From Phoronis australis (taxonomy: Eukaryota > Animalia > Phoronida): DNA of 64,000 nt. Shown one piece after another: positions 36,519-49,351 of this stretch. How positions within the stretch are numbered: the stretch's first letter is position 1; each line of letters starts with the position of its first letter. The notes under the pieces are model-generated. The model worked only from the letters and a program-made list of their open reading frames with translations. It made no database searches and was not told the origin of the DNA. The position numbers and the translations under genes were made by a program. The stretch covers positions 679,993 to 743,992 of the forward strand of contig NMRA01000185.1 in the NCBI GenBank assembly GCA_002633005.1. The letters run 5' to 3'.

Positions 36519-39500
36519 CCGGACTATGATGTTATATTTGTTACAGGTAATTTTAAGCCCCGAGCACGGTCTCAAGCAAAAACGAAGCCTCAGCTATTTA
36601 CAAGACTTGAAACGTCTTATCGTCTGAATAAGGAAACTCTTACCAATTTTTGGAATACAAACTGTTGTTTTGTGCCAAGTTTGGAAGGGTTCAAATCACA
36701 GCAGCTGTCATCCATGGGCGCAGACATCTTGGCTTCAAAAAGAGGCTACACGTGATCGAAAAATTGTAGGGAAATCCACTGAGACTATGTGGTATCATGA
36801 TATTTTTTTTAAATCAATGGTTTGTTTTTCATTCGTAGATAAAAATTAGATAACATATGTGAAAAAATACAGATCTACTATATTTGCTAAGTTCTATTTC
36901 CCAACAAATAGTTCAATTAAAAATCAATTTCAACAAATTTCTCCCCAAGAGACTAGTTCATGACGTCAGTGGTCATGGGACTAAAATTCGCCATTTTGAA
37001 AAGTAGGTGTCATCAAAGAGAGAAAGAGAAGAAGAAAGTAAATTTTTGGCATCGTTTTTGTAAGTACTTGTGTCCTAACGGCGTCAGTACACTTTACCAG
37101 GTTACGACCTGGGACAGCACTTATAAAAAAGTGCGAGTTATTTGTACAAGGTCTTCTCCGTCATAAAAGTCCCAGGACTGGGTGTTGAAGTCGAAAATCG
37201 AGTTTTCGTTTTCCAAATCGAAGATCATACAGTTTAACGGATGCGTGTCAAATTTAAAAGTATCTCAGCGTCATGCCCTGAGTACAGGATGAGAGTGAAA
37301 TTTTCCAGCCGGCACTAGTCGGATGTAGCGGACCCACTTTAAACCACCATAACTTCCTTTAATTTTTAATCTAGAATCAAACGTCACGCAGGCCACCACT
37401 GAAGAGTGAAGTTTAGTTTGCCAACGGCTTGGCAGATTTTTAGAGGGAGTATGCACCACAGATATAATGTTCATGCTGCCAACGAAACTCCTTATAAGGC
37501 AACGAGATGAACTCTGTCCATCTCAATGGGCCGGTGGCACCAAAAGTAACCAATAAAATTCATCTAAGTGAGAAATACACAAACAACAACAAATGAAAGC
37601 CATAAAAAGCAGTTTCATGCAAATGTTTGTTGAGACTGGTATTCGTAAAGTCCTATCCTGGGGGCCACGGAGTATAGAAAAATGTGCTTCGAAAATCAAA
37701 ATTCTGGCCATCACAGTTCAAGAAGACGCACGTTGTATAAACTGCTGCGCAAAGGTTGTCTTTGCTGACAACATATACTTCGCAGAACTAATCAACGAGC
37801 CGTAATTAGTTTCAATGGGTTATATTACCAGTTGTCCGCCGAATACAAAAAGGTGAACAACAAAAGCAAATAGGCCTAACGATCATCGACTTTCCTGGCG
37901 GACTGCACCTCACAGTTAGCACTGAGCCTTTGTTTAAATTCAATTGACTATGTCTAGTTGGTCGAGATGAATTGAAAAGATAACTGAGAGATTATTTACA
38001 CGCTGCGTTACACCATAAATAGACTAGCTGCCTGGTCTGCCCCTTGAGTGAGACCGGTAATTAGGCTGTCCACAACTGACCACTTACTTAGCCTTTATTC
38101 AGTTTCAATGGGCAATGGCCAGTTGATGTCAAGCGTAATTTGAATAAGTGAAGACCTTATTTACGACGACGACGCCTTTTTTACAAATCAGTCCCTATGT
38201 TTTTAAACTGGTCGCGGGACATTTAAACAGGACACGCGCTCGGCCAAACTGGACACTGCGACACGTTAAAAGTGGTCATGGAGAACACTGAACATAATAT
38301 GCCAAGTGCGACAATATCTATAGCGGCACACATGCTTGTGATACAACTGAGTCAGTGGAATCGGCCGAACATTATTGGATGTGTAACCAAGGAAAAAATG
38401 AATTGAATATGACGCTTGTCGACACCTTGTTTAGGTGGGTGCAATGGAATGTCCGGTGAACAAAGTGATCATACCTTACGATGACATGGGGAAGAGGCAA
38501 AAGACGGTAGTCGGTGTAAATATCCGTGAAGCATCACAGGTCATGACACTCTGAGCAAATAGTTTTAGAACAATTATGATAGAGTATACAAATTTAACGA
38601 CGTGATTGGGCGTGGATTTTTCTGGCATGGCTCATCAGAATATGTACAATTCTTCGAGACCGATTCTTCATCAGGACTTGACGAAGTGGGAAAAAGCGCT
38701 TACTGCGGTAAATGTTTTAGTTCAGTGGAAAATGACATGACATTTTTAACCATCAAATTGCCAAAACTTAACATTTCAGAATAAGTCTTCGATGGTCACA
38801 AATGCCACGTAAGTAGGTGGTATTTGCCGGATAGTTTGAAAAACTTATGAAGTTTTGTGGCCACCATTGATTCCCGTAGGAAAGGTTCAAATGCCACCAA
38901 AATGATCACGAGTTCTGCCACTGGTATCAGTGGGAGTGGATTAAAAATGCAACGAAAGTCACTCTTTTCGAAGATAACCAATAAAATATGAATATTCATA
39001 AAAGACATGACACCTGAAAGTTGTGAGATGCCCATTTCAAGTACGTGCACCTATGACTACGTGGGTACCATTTTCAAAATGTCTCATGCTGAAATAGCCG
39101 AGTTCACGCGTGACTAAGACGCAGCGCTTCAGATTCTGAGAGCTCACAACGCCATCAGATGCCAGCCACCCCAATATAGGGTGTGCCCTCATTTGATGAT
39201 CGAGGCGCGTGGTGGCTCAGGAAGAGGTGGGAAGATCTGGCGCTGCCCGAAGCACTAGGCTCAGAAGATGTCACTGCGAGGCGACTCCTCTTGGTCCAAG
39301 TCCAGATTGACACTGCAGCTATTGATACAGCTTTTGTGGGCATGGACATTCAAGCAACCGATAGCGCTTGCCGAGGAGATTCTAGGAATAGACTGGACAG
39401 TGGTAACGACTTGGTACGGCTATCTCCGAGACGCATGCTCCACCCAACTCATGAACAGCCCCATACGGGTTGGTGGCCACGGAGTCGTGCAAATTGACGA

Positions 39501-40067
39501 GTCGTTGATGGCAAGAAGAAAGAACAACGTGGCCCATGTGGTTTAGCAACGATGGGTGTTTGGAGGATACTTCCCCACACAGGACGTTGGATTTCGGCAG
39601 TTTGTGCTGAACAGGAACGCCAATACCAAGACTTGGAATTATCCTCGGAAACGCGGATTTCTGGTTTTTTCTTTTATGCTCTCCGTGTATTTTCGTTATA
39701 TTTCTGCGAAAAAAATCAGATTTGCCATAAAATTATCGCGGCAAATTGGTTTCTCACCGCGGCGTTGCCGACGACTCGAAAAGCGGAAACTGCTCTTTAT
39801 GTCTCGGAGGAACAAAAACTGTACTTGTGGATCACAGGTGCCCGAATTTCCCGATGACTTGTAACCATATATAAGAAACATATTTTCTTAGTAGTGAGTG
39901 ACAGCAGCGGCAATCGAGCAACAAATAAATTCAAGCGCCTGTGCCTGGGATAACGTGGTTCATCAATGGCGTCTGCATTTGGTATAAAGTCACGGTGACA
40001 AATAGTGCGATTTTGCGGTCTAAAATGCGTGGAGTAAACAGAATATTTCGTGGAAAAGTGGATAAAA

Positions 40068-40501
40068 CAGGGCTTGGAATTTTCCGCGGAAACGTGGATT
40101 TCCGCTTTTTTCAAATGTTCTGTCCGTGCATTTTATTATATTTCTGCATAAAAAAATAGGATTTGATATAAAATTTCCGCGGCAAATTCCTTTCTTACCG
40201 CGGCGTTGCAGACGACGTTCACCTCGAAATGCGGAAGTTGCTCTTTATGTTTCGGAGGAACGTGAATTGTCAACATTGCCGGGGCATCTTGGATAGCGTG
40301 GTGGGATTTTCAATGGCGTCTCGTGCTATTGTAAACCGCGGCGACAAATACTACGGCTCTGCAGCCAAAAATGGTGGTAACGTTCTTTTTTTTTTTTTAG
40401 TCCCGATTTTTGTCGGGGAAAGGTTCACATCGACCAGTAGCGCGCATGGTTTGGGCTGTAAAAGTTTCCGTGTTTTTTGTCATTGGTCATTCCAAGCCCT
40501 G
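40068..40501. mobile_element. CAGGGCTTGGAAT MITE with 6-bp TSD, inserted in a sibling copy that starts at ~39627
   Basis: 13-bp perfect TIR; ATAAAA at 40062-40067 and 40502-40507; 39627-39830 is similar to 40068-40270. Confidence 0.8.
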
Positions 40502-41319
40502 ATAAAAGAAACGACCAATGTCTTCACAAACAACATAAGTCAAGGTTTGTGCTCTGTAAACTTTGAGAGAGGAACAATTATGGAGTGTTTGGCCCAAGTC
40601 GCCTTGGACTAAGTCGGAATCGGAGGACCGACTGAAAACGATGAAACGCTAGAAATAACAATGCTTCCTGAAATGAAATTCAACTGTAACCGGTTATTCG
40701 TTGGATTGGAATCATGGGATGTGAGTGATATATGAAATTCTTTTGTTTGATCCCACATGCACGCCCGTTGCCGTTGGCTGCTAGTGCTAGGCCTGACCAT
40801 CTGAGTGCAATTTTCTACGTGCCGCCGAAACGGGATACAAAGTGCTATTTTCATTACTGCAAATGTGTTTTAAATTGCTGTTTATGTTTTCAATTTATTT
40901 TGACATTTTTCTTGTTCTAATGTGACTCGAGTTCTGCAGTTCGAGAGAAGTGATCACATGACATTCTGAATGATCTGATTGGTCTAAGCCATTGTTTACA
41001 AATTCCGCCAGCCTATTTTCAGTATCCTGGTAGTTATTTCTTATGTCACATAGTTTCTTCTACACCAGTGTGGCTTATGAACAATTAACTCCTGTAATTA
41101 CTGTGTGAAACTGAAAGTTAGGCCAACTTAGGATTGGGGTTGATGTATTCTATGGTTTAAAGCAGGGCTCGTTATGCACTGAATTGTTTATTCGGTTAAA
41201 GCATGGTTTCACAGATTTTTTTTCGACAGACGTTTTTCAAACATGAGTTAAGTTGCAAAATGTGGACTGCGAACAAAAAGTGGAGGAAATTTGCCCTCGG
41301 AGTTAGTTTGAATCTTTGA

Positions 41320-41725
41320 TGCCAGCCAGTAGCAGGTCAGACCTAGCAAAATCCCGGATACTTTTTCAACGGGCATTTTCTCCCTTTTCAAATCGCAAAC
41401 TTAGCTACTCGAATGCACGTGTCAGTTAGAGAGCACTAATTCAACTTTCACGTCGGGAACATGACTTGCGCTCTAGAGACTTTCAATGGCGGTTGTGAAG
41501 AACAGTAACGCCGTAGCTGCATGAACGAAGTCAGTTTTAGGATCTGAAATTTGTGAGTATTTAATGGGGCAGGAAAGAGCATAATCTAAACATTTTCTTG
41601 ATGATCTAAAATCAAATTTGGCGCGTAAAAATGGCGTGAAAATTTTGCGACCTGGCATCTATGAATTCGAGCTGGATTTTGGAAATGCAACCTGGGATTC
41701 TGGCTAGGTCGCAAAATGCGACACA
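41320..41725 (-). mobile_element. Partial inverted copy of the left arm of the 46270-48439 element
   Basis: Reverse complement matches ~46295-46710 (e.g. GCATTCGAGTAGCTAA.TTTGCGAT and AAATGCCCGTTGAAAAAGTATCCGGG). Confidence 0.85.
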
Positions 41726-43154
41726 CCAGAGGTCAACCATGCCATGAACTTCGTTGATCCACAGACTGGGGCACACAACAACCATGTCAAGTGTTACTGG
41801 AACAACATGAAGATGTGGTTCAAGAGCATGTGTGGTGTCCTCCCTGACATGGATGCGCATTTTAACGAGTTCATGTGGCTGGAACATTACGTGGGCAATA
41901 GCGGTCGACAGGCTTTTTTACAATAGTCGACCACATAGCACTGTGGTACCCCACTCCTTGAGTACCAAAAACCCAACAGCCCTTTTAAGGTCCACTCACT
42001 ACTTCCCAATTGGGCTGTTTCACTTGAAGTTTTCTGCGCCTGAACATGACTTATAATTAACAAAATTAAATTATCTGTATTATTACTGTTTTACAATAAA
42101 AATGTATACCGTTACTAGACCTACACTGTAATTGGTACAATGCTAACACAAGAATTAATAATTAAGTTAGAATCGCGAACGAAATTCATTTTGCTTTCAG
42201 GCACCACATGGGGTGTGACTGCACCAACACGGTTCAAGCTCTAACTTTACGTGCTTGAATGAAAGGTGACAAACGACACTAGCCTCACTTGGTTCCGGAA
42301 ACACTTTGAATCACGCAATTATAAATGAGTTCAGCATCGTTGCACAAAGCGACGAGATTAATGCGGATTTTCCTTCCACGCGTCTTGACATTATGACGCG
42401 TCGTTACCGAACCCTGTAAATGAATACACACAATCGCCAGTAGGTGTCAGGCATTCCTATGATATCACTGTACTGGTAACCAACTGGTGACAAAGTCGGC
42501 AAAAGAACTCTAACTTCAAAGTCAATTAATTGAAAATTATAGGTATGGCAAAATCAACAGCACAGATCAATTTCTATACGTATTGTGAACATGTGGATAC
42601 TAAAATCATGGTTCTACGTTGAAAATAAAGAAGTTATGGTGGTTTATATTGGGACTGCTACATCCGACGAGTGCCTTCCAGCCGTGAACTTGGAATTAGG
42701 CGGCTGTCTGTCACACAATCACAGAACAAGGCACTTGAGCTGAAATCTTTACTGAACCGGTAGGCTATGGAGAGAAAAGATTTCTAAAAAATCAAGATAA
42801 AGCTCCCGTGGCCTGGTCATGAATACTGGTTAGTACCGAGGAACTGGAATAAAAAATCATTTAAGGACTGTATTGTGATTACATGTTCCCTCAGTAATGC
42901 ACCGGGCATTCAAGGTCATAGCCCTACGGCTACAGTGGCCATTTGAGTCGTATTGTTTCTGTTGCTGCCTATTCCGAAATAGATTTCAGGTACTGCTTAA
43001 AATGAGTGTGTTTTACCAACACGACACAGTTACAGGGCGTCTTGTGATAATAATGTTTTCTTTCGATCTGTTATGGTATGGTTGTTTAGATTGCAATGTG
43101 TATTTGGGGCAGTAAAAATTTTCCTCTTTTTCTCATGAGTCATTCCAAGCCTTG

Positions 43155-43314
43155 ATGACCTCGTTTTGGAAATTGGGCACATTTTCGTGTCTCTCATTGA
43201 TGTCATGAAGACGAAAAATTTCAGATCATTCATCCACGCGAATTTGACCAGTTTATCAAACTTTCTCGCGTTGAAATTGCAACCCAAACCACAGCAGTCA
43301 TACTTTGTTGGCAT
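43155..43314 (-). pseudogene. Possible THAP-domain N-terminal remnant
   Basis: MPTKYDCCGLGCNFN...LKFFVF resembles a THAP start; interrupted at 43154 by a MITE-like end (CAAGGCTTGGAAT). Confidence 0.3.
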
Positions 43315-43440
43315 TGGAAGAACGAATAGAGTAATGGAACCGAGAAAAATTTGTAAAGAATCGGGACATCAAACATGAAAATAACGTGAAACTCCAGTGG
43401 CACGAAAATGAGGCAGCAATTGTGCGTGGCGTATGTTTAC

Positions 43441-43456
43441 GGCATTGTGGGTAAAT
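43441..43456. promoter_or_regulatory. ZNF143/Staf-like motif in the putative Rab7 promoter
   Basis: GGCATTGTGGGTAAAT (reverse TACCCACAATGCC) just upstream of a donor-terminated segment. Confidence 0.5.
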
Positions 43457-43469
43457 ACATTGAGATTTC

Positions 43470-43640
43470 TAGCTGTATTTGAGTGTCGGTGTGTAATCCA
43501 GGACAGCCCTATTGTGATGTAATTAAATGATTTAAGAGACTGAGGTGGAATAACTTGATGCCTACTGTTGTTATTCAGTCATAAAGTTCAGTTTGGCAGG
43601 TGTCAATTGTGCTTGTTTATATTAAAAGCTGTACTTTCGA
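43470..43640 (+). other. RAB7: Putative non-coding first exon of Rab7
   Basis: Ends at donor CGA|GTAAGT; the ATG exon has an acceptor 15 nt upstream of the start, so an upstream exon is required; TSS is approximate. Confidence 0.45.
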
Positions 43641-45534
43641 GTAAGTCTCAGATCTTATACGGGGGAGGTGACATTTAAGCTGAATATGAGCATTGAAAAA
43701 TTTGGAAATTTCGGGGTGTGGCCGAGGACAATATGGCACTACATACCAGACAAGGATTGTTGTAGTTTTATGTAGGTCAGATGCTTAGTTAGATTAATAG
43801 CCATTTCACAAAATAGACTTCTTCACTAGCACTTATGCGTCTAGCAAAAATGCCAGTCGTGTCACTGCTCCTGGCAGTTTGAGTTACCCTAATACCGCTA
43901 GCATTTTTGCATGCACTTATCTAGCTGGACTAGTTATTTCCAAGCACACACATGCGGAGAGGGTAAGAGACATTTGTTTAACATAACATAAGTCAAAATA
44001 TGGCAGAGATTGAACATGTTTCGACTCCCAATTTTCGCCTAAAAGCCATTCGGGTGGCGAGGGAATAAATAGCTTCGGAAAATAATCTTCACAGACAGCT
44101 CGTTTGTTTGCTTAAAGTACTAACCTCGGTAGTGTTATAACCAGTGAAACTGGTAGCATTTTCACCACTCTTGAACCTAGTACAAATCTGGTTCTGGTCG
44201 TGTTCAAAATTGTTGTTCATTCATATCTAGCAACTTGGAACGGTGCGATATACCTGAAGGTGATATGTAATAAGAGTATAGCATGCTGTACCTTTGAAGT
44301 TCAACGTGTTTTTGCAGTCCAGTTACACTATCAATAACAATGCTATGCGTTGTGTTACAATAGCACTGTCTCAAAAAATGACAAGCTTCTCTGATTCTAT
44401 GACATTTACCCTGAATTCTTTTCACCTGTCAATCATGTTTCCTACTACTGAACGCAGTCCTGCCCTTGTAAGTCTCTGTTTGACATCAATTAGCACTGTT
44501 AATTAAGTTGCTTGCAACATAATGAGTTGCATTGCTGACATTGAAAAATTCGACTGGCTGGACAAGTGTCCCTGGATGTCTGACAGTTTTTGAAAACTAG
44601 GTCAGTCACACAATGCATTCTTCTAGGAAACCAAACTACAAACCAGTGCATCATTTATTTGGCCCAAGTGTTTGGGCAAATGTGCCCAGCCCTATGGGAG
44701 ACCAGTATCAGGTGTGTAAAGGACATTTCCTGAATATTTTACACTCTGGACACCAGGAACGACTGTGACTGAAACTTTACCAAGGTTTCACAAGAGGTAG
44801 ACACCAAAATCTTAATTAGTTTTAGTTGCAGACTCATTAAACTATTACATTTTGTGTGTATCAGTCTACCATATGCCGGTGTCTTTGTCGTCTTCATCTT
44901 GCAAATAATTTTAAATGATTTCCTTTTCTCACACTGTTACAGATATAGTTCCGGTGAGTTGTGGCCTTGTAAAATTTTCTTGCTAATGTCTGCTGTACAT
45001 ACATATTATGTTGTTTAGATAAATTTGTCAGTTAGATAATTTTAATCAATGGAAACTAGCACTTATTAAGCTTATGTTTGGTTGTGCTTTATAGTTGCGC
45101 CTTACTTCAGTTGAACTGTAAATAGTATTTTATAGTAAACTTACTAATGAACTACTATACAACTCATCATTCCAATTCTGAATTGTTGACCCATATATCT
45201 CACATGTTGTTCATTGTTGACCTGGTCACCTCCACTGTATTTCCTGAGGCTAGTATAATAGAATTTCTGTTCCAAGTGTGGTCCTGCCAGTTGCTCCTTG
45301 GCCTATATATGGTGCCGTATGTATGGGTAAGCTTCTGCAAAAAATTTTGATTCAAGCCTGTGATACCTGCTGGTGATTTGCCAATTAGAGACCCTGGATT
45401 TCTGCTTGAATGCCCTATTTTTCCGTTTTGTGAACTGGCAAATTCCGTTTTTACTTATAAGTACTTTTTCAAAGTGATAAAGTAACAGAAAAAATATCTG
45501 GGAGTTGCTGTGTGTTTTATTGTGATTACTTGCT

Positions 45535-45830
45535 CAGGGCCCTCTGAAAAAATATTTTAAAATCGTGGAATTCCCCTCATGAGGCCCAAAAATTCCCCTC
45601 AAGTGATTGAAAAATTCCCCTTGAGGTTGGAATCACTTGTAACTACACAGGTGACAATGTGAAAGAGTGCAAAAAGTTAATATTGGCTACTTGAGACTGT
45701 CTATGAGGGCTTGCAACAGACTGCGGGATGCTATTGATGGGGATCGGGAGGTAAAGAATTTTCCCCCTCACCCCAAAAAATTCCCCTCAGAAGGCCTAGG
45801 CACCTTTCCCCATGGATGAACAAGGCCCTG
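45535..45830 (+). mobile_element. CAGGGCC MITE with 5-bp TSD
   Basis: CAGGGCC...GGCCCTG flanked by TTGCT on both sides. Confidence 0.8.
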
Positions 45831-46269
45831 TTGCTGCACAACATGCTAGCAGCTTTTCAAAACTGGAGAAAACATGTCCACCTATAGAAAGTATGAACTT
45901 CTTGAACATGTCTGATGCAAGATAATTGTCGTTCAAGCCAGAATCCTAAATTGGCAAAAATATGAAAAATACGGCTGAAACATGTCAATTCCATTCTAAG
46001 CCTCTAATTCCATGAATTCTGTCCATTTTCCATTATGATGAAAAATCGGGGTCTCTGTGAGTTGTTTTTGTCTCAACCAAGGCACACTTGTAGAGTGGCT
46101 GACAGTTTTAGATTTTGTATGAAAGGGCCCTCGTTCACCTGACGGGTACATGTCTGTGCCTTCCGAGAGGGGAATTTTTCGGGTTAGGGGAAAACTCCCT
46201 GGTCACCTTCCCCCAACCTCCTCCACTTCCCCCCAACCTCTTTTCCTCTGGCGGAAGGGCTGGCAAAGG

Positions 46270-48439
46270 CAGGGCTCGACGCTATTAAAATCGCCAGGTC
46301 GCATTTTGCGACCTAGCCAAAATCCCAGGTCGCATTTTCAAAATCCAGCTCGCATTCGTAAATGCCAGATCGCAAAATTTTCCCGCCATTTTTACGCGCC
46401 AAAATGGATTTTTTAGATCATCGAGAAAATGTTTAGATTATGCTCTTACCTGCAGCGTTAAATACTCACAAATTTCGGATCTCAAAATTGACTTCATTCA
46501 TGCAGGTACGGCCTTGAGTGTTCTTCACGACCGCCATTGAAAGACTCTAGAGCGCAAGTCAAGTTGCCGACGTGAAAGTTGAATCAGTGCTCTCTAACTG
46601 ACTTGTGCATTCGAGTAGCTAAATTTGCGATGTGAAAAGGGAGAAAATGCCCGTTGAAAAAGTATCCGGGATTTTGTTAGATCTGGCCTGCTACTGGCTG
46701 TCATCAAAGTCTTTAAGGATTCAAATTAACTCGGGTAATGGCGAGTTTGCTCCTCAATACCTTCCAAGTACGGGAAAGTCAGTCATAAAACGACACGCAT
46801 GTCACTAGTGTTAACTTTCTTTCCGAGGTATAAAACAAAGCCGGGTTTTGGTTTTTACATATTGTGAAAAGACGTTTTTGAAAACTGAAGTTGTGTAAAA
46901 TGAAAGTGACACGTCATATAAGCTGCGTGTCAATTTCAAACCACACGCGGTCGTTTGTAGTGCGCTATGATGGGCGCTAGCTTGAACTGTGGGCGCTTAA
47001 TTGGAAATTCTCAAAATTTAAGAGGGGACTTTTAATAAATCAGTGAGCGCTTATTATGAAACACTTTAAAGGTAGGGAGTAGGCTTGTGCGTGAGCATAG
47101 TCGTTAACCTCAGTGTTTGCGGTAATAAGATATTAAAACGCTGCAATGGTAAGAAACGTTATAATAATAGGATTTTGCGAGGCAAACTCCATCTAGTAGG
47201 GGTGACTTTCTGGATATCGTTACCACCTACAGTACAGTGTACCCTTTTTAGCCACCCGGAATGATTCTGTTTTTAACTGCCCGCTTCAGCCGGAACAAGG
47301 TTGTTTCTATAGGAGTCTGAACATTTTATGGCGACGGTGGTTCGGGGAGCGAAAAGTTGCCGGGGTGGGGGGGGTGTATAAAAAGAAGAATGAAAAGTTC
47401 GCTAACTTGAACCACAATTTCGCATCTAGTGCCAGTTTAGTTGCAGTAGCTGGCTAAGGGTTTACAGAATATCGACCTCGGGAAACATCGGAACAGGAAA
47501 ACGTCAGTTCTGGGTTATATTGGTCCCGGGACATCGGGTCTTTTATAACCGCTGGGAATCTTGAGTTCGTTTTCAAATAAACCAGAGCCCAGCCGGTATA
47601 CTCTTTTATTTAGGACTGTCCCTGTTCTTTGAAGTGGTGCGCACGCGTGTGTTCACGCACTTGAATCGCTGGAATAGGCCTACGGTTTATGTTGGCAACA
47701 AGGTGTGAAAGACAAATTTCGGGCACGCAGCCCCAGAAACTAGTAAAGGGTTTGAGAATTTCTTGGCAACTGAAAGTAAAGACGTGACCGTTTGGCGATT
47801 AATAAGGTTGTCATTTTCACTTTGGCTGTCTTAATACGATAAAAAGGAGAAGCACATCTCAGTCTAAGTCACGATTGTCTGCCGGGACCGCTTGCGCGCT
47901 AACGGTGCCGCAGTGCGATATCAGGGATAATGTCGTGGATATTTGGTACATGCAATGACATTTTACGCGAAAAATAAACATTTTTGTCCACCACTAAGTT
48001 TGGTAAGTTGATCGCTTAAGAATTAGTAGAAACACTGTTGTTTTGTGAAGTTTTATCACGTGTTAAGCAGTGACCCGAAACTTTCTTCGGCGAATCCGGG
48101 AATTTACAAAAGTGGCCGAAAGTGTTAGCCAATGAAACACGTCAAAGATCGATTCTGCATATCCCATGTTCACGCGACATGCTTACAAGTCATCGGGAGG
48201 GCTGTTCTCAATTAGTGTTCTTTTGAACTTGGATTTGGCAACAACCAAATAACGGTCGGATTAACAAGAGCTGCTTTGTATTTGCCTTGTATCTGTTGAG
48301 AAGTGTAAAAACTCAGCTCGCATTGGTTGGAAATTCCAGGTCGCATTTTGTGACTTGATCCGAGCTGACAAAAATCTCATCTCGCATTTTCAAATTTCAG
48401 GTAGCAAATGCGACCTGCAGCTCGTTATGTCAAGCCCTG
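46270..48439. mobile_element. 2.2-kb non-autonomous DNA transposon with 5-bp TSD
   Basis: TIR CAGGGCTCGAC / GTCAAGCCCTG; subterminal CAGGTCGCATTT repeats at both ends; TSD AAAGG. Confidence 0.85.
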
Positions 48440-49351
48440 AAAGGTCAGCGCTCTTTCTAGATCTGTTTATAATGCCCCCCCCCCATGTTGACTGCTCACC
48501 ATGTCATATATGTTAGACCTTGATCCTTCAATTGATCTGATATCATTTGACTGGCTGTGTGACCTTCACAGGCACTTCAACAATGTTTTCAGTGGATTGT
48601 CCCACAAAGCATGAAAGAACCCTGTGGTAATACCATCAATGGGAGTCATAAGCCACCTGTAACTGTTAGCAGGAGTTCCCACTGTAGTTTCAGTCATGTT
48701 TTATAAATAGTTTCACTGTGGATCAATGGTTTATCGTCACAGTTTCTGAGATTTTTCCACTTCTTCCTTCCTTGATTTGTGTTGTTGAACTGGTCACAGT
48801 TAAAGTTAGTTTCAGTATGCAGTCAGATTACTGGTTTGGTTATGTTTTTCATGCATCCTACGAGGTTAGGTAATAAAATGTGGGGATAGAAATTGTGTAA
48901 TAATTTTACTGATATTTTTGCCCTCATCAGCACCAGATAAATCTTTGACTGTAACGCGAGTCATGTGACCGACCTCATTGTACACTCATCTCAGCTCAGT
49001 CAGCTGATGATGACGACTGCTGATTACAGTGGGTTTACCTAGAACAGGTAGAAGCTTGGTTTGAATCCGAGTCATAATCGCACTTCCTGTCTCGAGTCTG
49101 GATAAGTTCGTGAATTTAGTTTTTGGTTGCAGGTCAGTTGTGGGGCCATTTTATTCTATTGATTTGGACTGAAGCTTTTAAGTGAACACAAAGGTGTTGA
49201 TCATGTTTTAAAATGTAGGGCATTTTGTTTAGGAAAGCCAGTGAAACACTAAACACATTGGCAGACAACCTGTTGCAGGCTTTGTATGTGCAATGTTTTT
49301 CATTGAACTTATGAGTAATACTGAGCATGTGATTTTCTGGCCTTGTATTTA

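Larger units (their letters stand above)
39079..41926 (+). pseudogene. Merlin (IS1016/IS1595-related) transposase split by nested MITEs
   Basis: 39079-39625 has WRCP, W..YLRD.C, VGG.GVVQIDES..ARRK.N and WVFGG; 41730-41926 has NFVDPQTGAHNNHVKCYW...EFMW. Confidence 0.85.

Noticed and set aside
36519-37175. Possible MITE with GGACT.T.ATG termini
   Set aside because: TIR match is short and imperfect and the TSD is ambiguous
39079-41926. Bacterial IS1595 from contamination or recent horizontal transfer
   Set aside because: Decayed, nested with host MITEs and better explained by the eukaryotic Merlin superfamily
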